Source of the DNA: a virus
Taxonomy: Duplodnaviria; Caudoviricetes
Length of the DNA: 57,878 nucleotides
Virus record (IMG/VR): IMGVR_UViG_3300043178_000021
Coordinates: 1-57,878 of that record
Direction: 5' to 3' (one strand)
Shown: piece after piece, positions 1-9,309 of the stretch
Position numbering within the stretch: the stretch's first letter is position 1
Layout: every line of letters starts with the position of its first letter
Notes under the pieces: model-generated
The model's input: the letters and a program-made list of their open reading frames with translations, nothing else
What the model was told of the DNA's origin: nothing
The model's database searches: none
Position numbers and translations under genes: made by a program

Positions 1-243
1 CGCCTCCAGGCGGAGGCGGATAGACTTGTCCCTGGGCTGCACGAAATCCGCAGGCAGATTCGGGCGATCGATCCGAACCTGAGCGGCATGGAGTGAGATG
101 GACTACGTCGCCGAGCATGCGCCGAAGTACCCTGGGGTAGACCCGGACTTTGTGCGCGCCATCATCCAGAAGGAGTCTGGCGGAAATCCGCGCGCCACCA
201 ACCTGGAGGCTGCCTCTGTTGGCGGCGCGCATGGCCTTGGGCA
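1..243. repeat. Terminal direct repeat / circular overlap, left copy
   Basis: 1-243 matches 57636-57878 except at 79, 81, 135 and 136. Confidence 0.97.
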
Positions 244-3200
244 GTTCATCCCTCAGACCGCCTACAGCCTGCACATAGACCCCTACGACCCCAATCAGGC
301 GGTCGAGGGCATCTATCGGCTCGCCGCCGAGAGTCTGAAGCGAAACCAGGGCGACTACCGAAAGGTGGCGATGGAGCACTTCGGTGGCACCAACCCGGAG
401 AACCACGGCCCCAAGACGCTGGCCTACGCCGACGATGTCCTGAACATCTGGGGCGCCCTCACCGCATCCAAGCGCGTCCGCGCGACCCCGGTGAAGCGCC
501 TGGATGCGCCAGTTGTCGCGGACGCGAGCGCTGCGACAGATGCCGGTGTATCAGGCGTTGCGACAGATGCGATAGATGCGACAGCACTGGGCCAGTTCTG
601 GACAGTTCAGGCGGTGCCTGTGCGCCGCCCAAGGACCGCCGTAGGCGCTGCGGTTGATGTCGGCACAGATATCCTCAAGGGGCTCAAGGTTGGCCTGGAC
701 GTTGCCGCACTGGATGTCCGAGAGGCGATCAGCCAGATTCCTGGCGTCGGGCCGACAATCGTGTCTACGCTCGACTACGCCGACCAGCTCACCACCGGGA
801 GAAAGAGCGAGGACATCCTCAAGCAGGACATGGAGGCGATAACAAAGCGACTCTCGCCTTCCGCTGGCTACGCGATGTCGAAAGACTGGTGGGACTCCGA
901 GCGCGGCACGTTCGGGCCAGCCTGGAGCGACCCCAGGGCCTACATGATGGGCCTGACGGTCTCCGCTCCCGAGACGGTGATGACCATGCTGCCGGCCATG
1001 CGGCTGGCGCAGGCGGCGCACGCCGGGATGCTGGCGGCTGGGATGAGTCAGGCGCGCGCCGCGGCGCTGGCGGTGAACACAGCGACCGTTGCCGGCGCGG
1101 TCCTCGAGGGCTCTCTTGGCGGGGCGTCTGCGGCGCGCGACGTGCGCGACACAATCCTCAAGGTGCCGGAGGCGGACTTACAGCAGTCAGAGGCGTACAA
1201 GGCGCTGCGTAGGACCATGCCGCATGAGCAGGCGCTCGCTTCGCTTGCTGATGACCAGGCTACCAAGGCTTTCCTCATGGCCGGGGTCGCCACAGGGGCA
1301 TTCGGCGGCATGGGCGATCGCTTGCTGGCGAAAATCTACTTGGGCGAGGTCAAGAAAGGGTTGATCGGTCGCGCGGTCGCTGGTGGCGTTGCCGAGGGAT
1401 TCCTGGAGGAGTTCCCGCAGAGCGGCCTGTCCAAGATGGCGGAGAACGTCGCCACGCAGCCGGTGCGTCCGGTACCGCTTACCGAGGGCGTCCTGAACGA
1501 AGCCCTTGGTGGACTGGCGGTCGGAACTCCGATGGGCGCTGGGGTCGGCGCACTGGCGCGCGGACCTGAACGCGACCGCGCGCAGCCCATTCCCGCCCAG
1601 GATGTTCCGGGGATGACGCCTGCGCCCGGTCCCGCTCGGCCCGAAGCGCCGCCGCCGATCATCCAGGGGCCGGCCGCCGGCGCCACTGTGCGCAGCAAGC
1701 AGCGCATGACCGAGGGCGCGACGCCCACCCAGACGACGCTTGAGCCTGCGTTGCTCGGCAAGGAGTCAGAAATTCAGCTTCCGTCCGGGGCCAAGGTCGG
1801 CGTGCAGTACGCGATCGTGGATGCCGAGAAACTTGTCACGTCGCATGCGGACGACTTGAGCGAGCGCCCTGATTTCCCCGCCGCGCTGCAACCCAGGGTT
1901 AGGGATCGCGCCGGATACGCCATCCAGCTTGCCACGATGCAGCGACAGTTCAACCCGGAATTCCTTGGTGAGAGCCCCACTGCCGAGCAGGGCGCGCCGA
2001 TCGTTGGCGCGGATGCCATCGTGGAGTCCGGCAATGGACGCATGATCGTGCTGCGCCGCATTTTGCAGAAGGACCAGGAAAAGGCGACCAAATACTGGAA
2101 TTGGGTGGCCGCAAAGGCGGAGCAATTCGGCTTCGACAAGCAGGAGCTGGCGCAGGCCCTGGTGGGCACCAACAAGCCGGTCCTGGTGCGACTGCGCACT
2201 ACCGACGTGAACCGGGCGGAATTCGTGCGGCAAGCCAACGTCTCCAACCTGGCCCGCATGTCGGCGTTCGAGCAGGCGCTCTCGGACGCCAAGCTGGTGA
2301 ACATGGATGCCCTGCAGATCCGCCAGGACGGCGGGTTTGCTGTTGGAGAAAACCGCAGCTTTATCCGCCAGTTCATGTCTCAGCTTCCTCCGGTGGAGCA
2401 GGCCGAGCTGGTTGACGAAGCTGGTGTGCTGTCGCAGGCCGGCTTCGTCCGCGTGCGCAACGCGATCCTGGCCAACGCCTACGGCTCGACCGCGTTGCTC
2501 ACCCGCATGACTGAGACGATGGAGGATGGCGGCCGGAACCTGATCCGCGCGCTGTTCACCGCCGCCCCTACGGTCGCCAAGGCAAGAGCCGGCCTGAGCG
2601 AGAAGCAGAAGGCCCTGGACATCACGGAGCAGATCCTGGCCGCGGTGGGGGAGTTCGCCTCCATCCAGGCCAAGGGCATGAGCGTCAAGGAGTTCCTGGG
2701 GCAGCAGCAGCTCCTGGGCAAGCTCGATCCCATCATCGAGGACCTGCTTCGGTTCCTCGCCGACAACACGCGCAACCCGGGTCGCATTGCGCAGTTCATC
2801 ATGGCCTACATGGACGCCCTTTCGGCCTTGCCACCGGAAGAACAAGGCGCGCTGTTCGCGCCGGAGCCCGTCACTCGCGAGCAGTTGCTGACCAAGGCAG
2901 GTCTGGAGGTGTCACGTGAAACAGTCCAATCTGAAGGTGCCCAAGACGGTGCGCTCGCCGGCGGAGCCAGACTCGGGGGCGGTGCTGAAGCTGGTTCGCA
3001 GCCTGCAGCGAAGCCCGAGCCTACAGGCGCTGGCGCGCAAGGCGCTGGGAAGCCTGCCGAGCCGGTCGATCAGGCGCGGCCCGCCGGGGACATAGACAAG
3101 GAGGTCCAAAGTGCCACTCAAGAAGGGAAGCAGCCGGAAGGTGGTGGGTCAGAACGTGTCGGAGATGCTGAAGGAGTGCGCCCCGGGCGGGGACCAGAAG

Positions 3201-3448
3201 ATCGGGAACGTCCCGTGCGGGAACCGGAAGCACGCCCGGAAGGTGGCGGTGGCCGCGGCGCTGAACAAGGCGGGAAAGAGCCCGCGGTAAGCGGTAAGGA
3301 TCTCTCGAAAATCTACGTCACCGTGAAGGTGATCGAGGGCGAAACCGGCAAGCTGGCGAACCTTCGCATGAAGGCCGACGAAGCAATCGCGGACATCGAT
3401 CAACGACTCACCAAAGCCATCGAGATGTGGGAATGCCTAAAGTCGTAG
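98..3448 (+). CDS. Virion ejection/polyvalent protein: N-terminal lytic transglycosylase (SLT) plus DdrB-like ParB domain
   Basis: RAIIQKESGGNPRA...GAHGLGQFIP SLT motifs; LQPRVRDR...GAPIVGADAIVESGNGR ddrB-ParB signature; on the circle it follows the ejection genes. Confidence 0.85.
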   Translation: MDYVAEHAPKYPGVDPDFVRAIIQKESGGNPRATNLEAASVGGAHGLGQFIPQTAYSLHIDPYDPNQAVEGIYRLAAESLKRNQGDYRKVAMEHFGGTNPENHGPKTLAYADDVLNIWGALTASKRVRATPVKRLDAPVVADASAATDAGVSGVATDAIDATALGQFWTVQAVPVRRPRTAVGAAVDVGTDILKGLKVGLDVAALDVREAISQIPGVGPTIVSTLDYADQLTTGRKSEDILKQDMEAITKRLSPSAGYAMSKDWWDSERGTFGPAWSDPRAYMMGLTVSAPETVMTMLPAMRLAQAAHAGMLAAGMSQARAAALAVNTATVAGAVLEGSLGGASAARDVRDTILKVPEADLQQSEAYKALRRTMPHEQALASLADDQATKAFLMAGVATGAFGGMGDRLLAKIYLGEVKKGLIGRAVAGGVAEGFLEEFPQSGLSKMAENVATQPVRPVPLTEGVLNEALGGLAVGTPMGAGVGALARGPERDRAQPIPAQDVPGMTPAPGPARPEAPPPIIQGPAAGATVRSKQRMTEGATPTQTTLEPALLGKESEIQLPSGAKVGVQYAIVDAEKLVTSHADDLSERPDFPAALQPRVRDRAGYAIQLATMQRQFNPEFLGESPTAEQGAPIVGADAIVESGNGRMIVLRRILQKDQEKATKYWNWVAAKAEQFGFDKQELAQALVGTNKPVLVRLRTTDVNRAEFVRQANVSNLARMSAFEQALSDAKLVNMDALQIRQDGGFAVGENRSFIRQFMSQLPPVEQAELVDEAGVLSQAGFVRVRNAILANAYGSTALLTRMTETMEDGGRNLIRALFTAAPTVAKARAGLSEKQKALDITEQILAAVGEFASIQAKGMSVKEFLGQQQLLGKLDPIIEDLLRFLADNTRNPGRIAQFIMAYMDALSALPPEEQGALFAPEPVTREQLLTKAGLEVSRETVQSEGAQDGALAGGARLGGGAEAGSQPAAKPEPTGAGAQGAGKPAEPVDQARPAGDIDKEVQSATQEGKQPEGGGSERVGDAEGVRPGRGPEDRERPVREPEARPEGGGGRGAEQGGKEPAVSGKDLSKIYVTVKVIEGETGKLANLRMKADEAIADIDQRLTKAIEMWECLKS
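2916..3095 (+). CDS. Nested +1-frame small basic protein (59 aa, MKQSNLKVPKTVRSP...)
   Basis: GGAGGT at 2905-2910, GTG at 2916, TAG at 3093-3095; the host frame turns G/A/P-rich here. Confidence 0.55.
   Translation: MKQSNLKVPKTVRSPAEPDSGAVLKLVRSLQRSPSLQALARKALGSLPSRSIRRGPPGT
3111..3290 (+). CDS. Nested +1-frame small basic protein, DUF6496-like (59 aa, MPLKKGSSRKVVGQNVSEMLKE...KVAVAAALNKAGKSPR)
   Basis: Perfect SD AAGGAGGT at 3098-3105, GTG at 3111, TAA at 3288-3290; resembles the common phage MPLKKGxS...AVAIALxKAGK family. Confidence 0.75.
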   Translation: MPLKKGSSRKVVGQNVSEMLKECAPGGDQKIGNVPCGNRKHARKVAVAAALNKAGKSPR

Positions 3449-3771
3449 ACAATGCGCGGCTCGCGCGGATGGCCGAGCTTGGGATGGCGGCCTACGAGGG
3501 CGGCCAGAAGATTGCGGCCCTGCCAAGCAGCAAGGACGTGGTCGATCAGTTGCGCGCAATCGCCATGTCGCTGTCCGCCGCGAATGCGAAGCAGGCGGAA
3601 ATCTTGGGCGCGCAACTCGCCGCGCTGGCTGAGGTAGTCAAGTCTCTTGTCGAGCGCAAGGAGACGGAGCGGGCAGATCCTGAGTACGAATTCGAGATAG
3701 TCGAGCGCGACAGCCACGGCAGGGGAAAGAGGATGATTGCGCGACCGATGAGAGGGGGAGATGACGCATGA
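3433..3771 (+). CDS. Hypothetical protein
   Basis: Coupled ORF with a coiled-coil and a FEIVERD.. C-terminus. Confidence 0.7.
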   Translation: MPKVVDNARLARMAELGMAAYEGGQKIAALPSSKDVVDQLRAIAMSLSAANAKQAEILGAQLAALAEVVKSLVERKETERADPEYEFEIVERDSHGRGKRMIARPMRGGDDA

Positions 3772-4166
3772 GTGAGAAAACCGAGAGCAGGCAGGTATGG
3801 TTCCCGGACTCCAACCGGATCGGCAAGTTCAACCTGCTTTCCGAGGTATTGCACGACGGAACGCAGCGACCGATGCTGCAGGCGCTGTTTGGCCTGTGCC
3901 GCATCCTCGAGGTCATCGACCACGAGTCAGGGCGTGGCAAGACCTACATCGCGGCGAGCGATCTGTTCCAGCCGCTCGCCGAGGGCGAGGAGATTCCCGA
4001 GTACCGAATCGAGATGGCGTGCAACATGCCGTTCGAGGACCCCAAACGTGAGACCGCGCGCATCAATAGCGGCTCGTTCGGTTTCGTGGCGATTCGCAAC
4101 ATCATCGTGCGCGTGCCGCCGATTCAGATGCGCATCAACGTCGCGGCTCCGGCAATAATCAGATAG
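3768..4166 (+). CDS. Hypothetical protein
   Basis: ATGA overlap, SD, typical codon usage. Confidence 0.75.
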   Translation: MSEKTESRQVWFPDSNRIGKFNLLSEVLHDGTQRPMLQALFGLCRILEVIDHESGRGKTYIAASDLFQPLAEGEEIPEYRIEMACNMPFEDPKRETARINSGSFGFVAIRNIIVRVPPIQMRINVAAPAIIR

Positions 4167-4176
4167 GAGGCAGCAC

Positions 4177-4494
4177 ATGAACATGCAGGCAGATGTGGCG
4201 TCTGAGTTCAGCCCGACGCACAAGCGGTTGGATACCGGAGAGGCGGTCAAGGCAACGCGCTGGCGCAAGGACGGCGATCATCCAATGGTGGAGCGATACC
4301 CGATCGAGCGGCGCGAGTATAAGGGATTGCTCGTGGTCGGGCCGAAGGAAAAACTCGCGCTACGTTTCGGAGACTGGATCGTGGAAGACGAGCAGGGCCG
4401 GATCTACGTTGTGGACGGCCAAAGACTGAAGGACAGCGCCGGGAAAGAGTATCCGTCCAGGTTCGAGGTTAGTTACGAGGAGCTGCAGTCATGA
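4177..4494 (+). CDS. Hypothetical phage protein (KATRWRKDGDHP...GDWIVED...FEVSYE family)
   Basis: AGGAGG SD; motif common in small phage proteins. Confidence 0.75.
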   Translation: MNMQADVASEFSPTHKRLDTGEAVKATRWRKDGDHPMVERYPIERREYKGLLVVGPKEKLALRFGDWIVEDEQGRIYVVDGQRLKDSAGKEYPSRFEVSYEELQS

Positions 4495-4988
4495 GGGTCC
4501 TGCGCTTTTTCTCCTGGTGGCTGGCGTGGCTCTCGCCGGGGGTGACGCACCTGATGTACTACCGCGCGCTCGAAGGCCAGTGGAACGGGGCGGCCAATTC
4601 GGTGTTTGACCTGGATACCGACGACATCCGGGTGGCGATCTGCACAAACACATACACGCCGAATCAGGACACGCACGATTTCTTCGATGACGTGACGAAC
4701 GAAGTAACTGGCACCAACTACCCGAACGCCACGAACAACTCGCTGCAAAGTCCAGTGGTGAGTCGCTCGACAAACACCGTCACATTCGATGCTGCTGATG
4801 TTGTGTGGTTGCAGTCTGGAGCTGGATTTTCTAACGGACGCAAGTTCGTGCTACGCAAGCACAACGCTACCGCAGGGAACGCTCGGCTATACAGCGTGGT
4901 CACAGCCGACGCTGACGTAGGCAACGTGACCGGCGATCTCACGCTTGCATGGAGCGGGAGCGGCATCGCCACCTGGACGACAACCTAA
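4491..4988 (+). CDS. Putative minor tail/virion structural protein
   Basis: DLDTDDIRVA...YTPNQDTHDFFDDVTNEV...FDAADVVW motif seen in phage virion proteins. Confidence 0.65.
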   Translation: MRVLRFFSWWLAWLSPGVTHLMYYRALEGQWNGAANSVFDLDTDDIRVAICTNTYTPNQDTHDFFDDVTNEVTGTNYPNATNNSLQSPVVSRSTNTVTFDAADVVWLQSGAGFSNGRKFVLRKHNATAGNARLYSVVTADADVGNVTGDLTLAWSGSGIATWTTT

Positions 4989-5049
4989 TGACGAGCCAGA
5001 CGAAACGCAATCCTCCGCTGCGCCCGCCACCACTCAAAGGACGATGACC

Positions 5050-5469
5050 ATGATCTCTCTCACCTGGCTTCTTCGCATTCTGCTGGCCTCGCTGATCGTG
5101 CTGGCCGGCATGGCGCAGCAAGCGAACGCGGCACAAGTCACCTTCGCTTGGGACACGCCCACCGACAAGACCGGCATAGTCGGTTACTTCCTGGGCTGCG
5201 GGCCTTCCGCCGGCAACCACGGCACGCCCGTCAAGCAGCCGGGGGCGAACACCTCGACAGGCACGCTCAACCTCGCGCCAGGCACCTGGTATTGCGCGGT
5301 GTGGAGCTATGGGACCCCTGACACGTTCGTGTCGGCGAAGTCTAACGAGCCGCAGGTGCCAGTGCCGCTCGGCAAGCCGGACAACCTTCGCGTTACCATC
5401 ACGCTTACCTGGGATCCGGAGCGTGGTGTGTTTGTGGCGAAGGCCGGGCCGGTGCGCGGGATCGAGTAG
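5050..5469 (+). CDS. Signal-peptide-bearing fibronectin type III-like protein
   Basis: Hydrophobic N-terminus ending ANA/A; VTFAWD...GY...GTWYCAVWSY...SNE FN3 pattern; SD AAGGA. Confidence 0.7.
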   Translation: MISLTWLLRILLASLIVLAGMAQQANAAQVTFAWDTPTDKTGIVGYFLGCGPSAGNHGTPVKQPGANTSTGTLNLAPGTWYCAVWSYGTPDTFVSAKSNEPQVPVPLGKPDNLRVTITLTWDPERGVFVAKAGPVRGIE

Positions 5470-5474
5470 TCCAT

Positions 5475-5825
5475 ATGGTCCTGCGCGCCAACACGGACGA
5501 TCCAGAGGTTGTCACCGGGTTGCGTAAACGTATTGAGCCGTGGGCAATGGAGCACAACCACGGCCAGATAGGCGGGCTGCTGGTGCTGTGTCTGGGCCCT
5601 TACCGCGCCGGTGAGCATCTGAAGGCGCACGATCATCCGTTCCGGCACGTGCAATACGTGGAGAGCGGGGCGATGCGGCTGCTGATCGGCGAGAGTGCTA
5701 TCGAGGTGGTCGCGCCCAACATGATCGAGATTCCTGCGCGTACCATTCACGGCGGCACGGCGCTCGAAGACGGCACGCGGCTGCGCTGCATTTTCATAGA
5801 GGCTGAGACGCGCCCCTATGCCTGA
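5475..5825 (+). CDS. Cupin-domain protein
   Basis: HDHPFRHVQYVESG ... IPARTIHGGTALEDGT cupin motifs. Confidence 0.8.
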   Translation: MVLRANTDDPEVVTGLRKRIEPWAMEHNHGQIGGLLVLCLGPYRAGEHLKAHDHPFRHVQYVESGAMRLLIGESAIEVVAPNMIEIPARTIHGGTALEDGTRLRCIFIEAETRPYA

Positions 5826-6909
5826 GCGCGACTACGTCGAGCCGATTCCGCGCGGCGTGTACACTGTCGGTAGGCATGCCACGCCAGCGCTCGACGTGGA
5901 CGACGATGTCACGCACGTGACCGTGTCGCTGTTGCGCGCCGCATGGCCGAACATCGGCGCCGAGGTGATACGCGTCCCCATCGAGTGCAGCGTCGATGGC
6001 GGCCCCTGGCGCAAGTCGGGCGCGGTCGCGGCTGCGGGCGGCGATCACTATCACCGCTACGGCTTTCTGATGCCGGCCACCACAGCGCGCTTGCGCCTGC
6101 CGCGCGGCGTTGGGCGCCAAGTGCGCGCGCAGATTGATGTCCATGCCGCGCTGGAAATTAAGCTCGACGTGGGACTGCGCATCGCGCCGCTGCCACAGGA
6201 ATCTGGCAGCCACAACTCGGCGGCATTCCTGGCCGAAAACGGCGCCACGGGCACCGCGCTGACATCGCTCACCAGCGGATCGTTCGACGGGAGTGGATCG
6301 GACCGCGCTATTGTGGCAATCATCGGCAACGGGACTTTCGCTGGCGGCGCAGTGGTCTCGAGCTGTACTTGGGATGTGCCCTCACCGCAGTCGCTTTCCA
6401 GCCTGGTGACTGTCACCGGCGGGCCCTATCATCGCTGTTCGGCGTGGGGCTTGGCGAACACCACCAGCGCCACCGACACGGTCACCGCCAACTGGGCGAG
6501 CACCCAGGACGAGGCGCTCATTATCGGGCACGCATTCACGGGCGTGGACACTGCCTCGGCTTTCGGTGATACGCAAAGCGGCGCGGGCACCGCGGCAGAG
6601 CCGAGCGCGACGCTGACCGGCGTGGTGTCCGACGATCTGTGCCTGGACGGCGTGCTGATAGAGACATCGGCCTCGGCGAGCCAGGGCGCGGATCGGACGC
6701 TGCGTGGTGACGAGAATCTGGGCGGGGCCTATCCGCACCACTTGGTGAGTTCGACACAGTCTGGCTCCGCAGGCGGCGTAATGACCTGGACGGTCACAGG
6801 CTCGCCGCAGTGGACACATGTCGCCGTGGTTATCAAGGGCATTACGTGGGTGGCGCAGCAGAACGCGCCAGAAACACTTCGCGTTCACGCGGGCGCACTG
6901 AGGTGGTGA
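5818..6909 (+). CDS. Putative virion accessory/beta-sandwich protein
   Basis: T/S/G-rich beta-strand C-terminal domain within a structural block. Confidence 0.6.
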   Translation: MPERDYVEPIPRGVYTVGRHATPALDVDDDVTHVTVSLLRAAWPNIGAEVIRVPIECSVDGGPWRKSGAVAAAGGDHYHRYGFLMPATTARLRLPRGVGRQVRAQIDVHAALEIKLDVGLRIAPLPQESGSHNSAAFLAENGATGTALTSLTSGSFDGSGSDRAIVAIIGNGTFAGGAVVSSCTWDVPSPQSLSSLVTVTGGPYHRCSAWGLANTTSATDTVTANWASTQDEALIIGHAFTGVDTASAFGDTQSGAGTAAEPSATLTGVVSDDLCLDGVLIETSASASQGADRTLRGDENLGGAYPHHLVSSTQSGSAGGVMTWTVTGSPQWTHVAVVIKGITWVAQQNAPETLRVHAGALRW

Positions 6910-6910
6910 G

Positions 6911-7348
6911 ATGAGAGTATCTGCAGCAGGAAGGGCGAGCGCGGTGGCGACGAGTGCGCGAGGGCCGTCGGTGTATGGCATCGCAAACAAGGGCGGTCGC
7001 ATCCGCGAGATCGGCATCAGCAACACGACCACGACTGCGTTTGCTGCGGCGTTGGCGCGCGCATCGACAACCGGCACGCAAGGCGCAGCGCTGACTGAAG
7101 TGCTCAACGACGGCACGCTAAACGCGATCTCGGCTTCGCTGACAGCCTTCAACACGCACACGGCGGACGCGACAGTAGGCAGCCCATTCCGGCAGGTAAC
7201 GATTGGCGCCGCTGCTGGCGCCGGATGGGTGTGGACCTTCGGCGAGGAGGGTTTGATCGTGCCGCCCGGCACGGCGAACGGCATCGTCATCGTCTGTCCG
7301 ACCGGAACTGGGCAGGTGTTTGATTTCTGGTTCGAGTGGGACGAGTAA
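6911..7348 (+). CDS. Putative virion structural protein
   Basis: SD GAGGT; ends FDFWFEWDE; small T/A/G-rich beta protein. Confidence 0.6.
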   Translation: MRVSAAGRASAVATSARGPSVYGIANKGGRIREIGISNTTTTAFAAALARASTTGTQGAALTEVLNDGTLNAISASLTAFNTHTADATVGSPFRQVTIGAAAGAGWVWTFGEEGLIVPPGTANGIVIVCPTGTGQVFDFWFEWDE

Positions 7349-7349
7349 C

Positions 7350-8327
7350 ATGGCGTGGACGATCCCCGATGATGGTGAGGGCGACAATACCATCCAGTCG
7401 CGTCTGTTCCAGGAATATCTAGATGTACTGGTAGCGGGCATCTCTGGCGTCGATTGTGTGCTATCCGGGTGCGCCATCACTGGCGGGGCGGACATGACGC
7501 CGGCGGTCGCTAAGGGCGCGGTGCTGAGCAACGGCACACTGTTCGCCGTGGCGGCGGGCGACGTGACTATCTCTGCGGCGGACGGCAGCAACCCCCGTCT
7601 CGACTTGATCGTGGTCAACAGCGCCGGCACAAAGGCCGTGCGCACCGGGACTGCGGCAGTCAACCCGAAGCCCGCTGCGCGCAGCGCCAATGACGTGGTG
7701 CTGGGCGTGGTCTACGTCCCTGCGGCAGATACGAGCATTGAGACCACGAAGATCGTCGATATGCGGGTGTTCCCGCCGTCGCCCATCACGATCTACAAGC
7801 AGACCACGCAGCGCACGCAGAACAATTCGACCTCTGCTGTTTCGCTGTTCAGCAACGGCTCCGGGCTGGTCATCCCGAACGGCTTGTTCCTGGCCGGCAA
7901 AGTGTTGCGTGTACGCACGGGCGGCAATGTGTTACACAACACCACGACCGCAATGACCCTGACCGTCATCATCAGCTATGGCGGCACGACGATCTTCCAG
8001 GATGTGACAGCCAGCTACGGCACCACGGCGGACGCTGACCGCATGGCGTGGTTTCTCACCTTCGACCTGATCGCGCAGGCGTCAAACTTGCAGCGGCTGG
8101 TCGGGCAGTGGTTCAACGCGGGCGCGACGGTGACCGCGCCGACCACCGGCATTGGCGACATTGCTACGGACGAGCACTTGGGGCACTCTGGTATCGCCTC
8201 GGCCACTGGCGGCATCGCCGTGGACTCGGACGCGGCGGACCGCACGCTCAACATCACCTTTACGATGAGCGCCGCGAACGCTTCGCACGAGTGGACGTGC
8301 GATTACATGACGATTGAGATGCTCTGA
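7350..8327 (+). CDS. Putative tail-fibre/collar-like protein
   Basis: MTPAVAKG...AADGSNPRLDLIVV...LGVVYVPA...IVDMR motif typical of phage fibre N-termini. Confidence 0.65.
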   Translation: MAWTIPDDGEGDNTIQSRLFQEYLDVLVAGISGVDCVLSGCAITGGADMTPAVAKGAVLSNGTLFAVAAGDVTISAADGSNPRLDLIVVNSAGTKAVRTGTAAVNPKPAARSANDVVLGVVYVPAADTSIETTKIVDMRVFPPSPITIYKQTTQRTQNNSTSAVSLFSNGSGLVIPNGLFLAGKVLRVRTGGNVLHNTTTAMTLTVIISYGGTTIFQDVTASYGTTADADRMAWFLTFDLIAQASNLQRLVGQWFNAGATVTAPTTGIGDIATDEHLGHSGIASATGGIAVDSDAADRTLNITFTMSAANASHEWTCDYMTIEML

Positions 8328-8488
8328 TGGCGGCATTCACGGTCGGGCACAACACGCAGGGTCAGGTTGGAGGCACTGATCCAATCGGAGGGGCTGATGC
8401 CTTAACGCCGCCTGAGATACCTCAAGTGGTCATGGCTTGGCCGCAGCCGGCCCAATGGGGCGGCGTGGCCGGCTGGAATAAGCCTTGA
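8327..8488 (+). CDS. Small hypothetical protein (53 aa, MAAFTVGHNTQGQ...)
   Basis: TGATG coupling upstream and TTGA coupling downstream; fills the gap exactly. Confidence 0.6.
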   Translation: MAAFTVGHNTQGQVGGTDPIGGADALTPPEIPQVVMAWPQPAQWGGVAGWNKP

Positions 8489-9309
8489 CGCAGTACGTCC
8501 GCTGGCCGAATTGGGCGCGCGGGTGGACGCAGCCGCGCCGCGTATCGCGGAACGTAGGTGGCCTGACGCCGACTAGCGGCACGACCGTCAGCGCGCCAGT
8601 CGTCACGCACACCTATACCGGCCAAGCGCCCCAGGTACGCGCCCGTGTGCAGCCGGCGCAGGTACCCCACACCTACACCGCGCAGGCTCCGCAGTTCGTC
8701 TACACCGTTCGCCCCGCGCAGGTCACGCACACCTACGTCGCGCAGGCGCCGCAGGTTCGAGCCAAGGTCCAGCCTGGGGTCGTAACTCACACCTACACGG
8801 CACAGACTCCGCAGGTCAGGGCGAGGGTGCAGCCTGGCCAGGTAACGCACACCTACAGCGCGATCGCCCCGCAGGTACAGGCCCGCGTACAGCCGGGCGT
8901 GGTGACGCACACGTACACGGCGGTCGCGCCGAAGTTCGGCGCCACACTCCGGGTTGGGATCGTTACCCACACCTACACCGCCGTCGCCCCGCAGGCGCAG
9001 GCCAGGGTGCAGGTGCCGGTTGTCGCGCATACATACCTGGGGCAAATCCCGGGCGTCCAAGCCGGCAACACCGTCATGGTGCCGACTGCCGCGCATACCT
9101 ACGGGGCGCTGACGCCAGACATCATTGCGCAAGCCGAGGCCCCGTCTCAACCGGCCTCGCCAAGGGGCGGTGGTGGTGGTAGCCTGATCTCCCTGGATCG
9201 CTTTAGGAAGCGCGCCGCCGAAGATGCCCAGAGGGTCACTGACGACCAGGATAGCGATGATCTAATGCTCGCAGCGATGGCGTTCACAATTCTACGGAGG
9301 GCCGCCTGA
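8485..9309 (+). CDS. Repeat-containing fibre-like protein (20-aa VTHTYTAQAPQVRARVQPGV repeats)
   Basis: Eight units at an exact 60-bp period plus a ninth diverged unit. Confidence 0.75.
   Translation: MTQYVRWPNWARGWTQPRRVSRNVGGLTPTSGTTVSAPVVTHTYTGQAPQVRARVQPAQVPHTYTAQAPQFVYTVRPAQVTHTYVAQAPQVRAKVQPGVVTHTYTAQTPQVRARVQPGQVTHTYSAIAPQVQARVQPGVVTHTYTAVAPKFGATLRVGIVTHTYTAVAPQAQARVQVPVVAHTYLGQIPGVQAGNTVMVPTAAHTYGALTPDIIAQAEAPSQPASPRGGGGGSLISLDRFRKRAAEDAQRVTDDQDSDDLMLAAMAFTILRRAA
8599..9120 (+). repeat. Coding tandem repeat, 60-bp period
   Basis: Units start at 8602, 8662, 8722, 8782, 8842, 8902, 8962 and 9022 and differ mostly at synonymous sites. Confidence 0.9.

Noticed and set aside
1766-2845. 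Long antisense ORFs (also 13086-14255, 54230-55459, 56343-57677)
   Set aside because: Expected shadows of GC-rich sense genes; no SD and no recognisable motifs
8599-9120. CRISPR-like periodic repeat
   Set aside because: Contiguous in-frame coding repeats with no unique spacers and no cas genes
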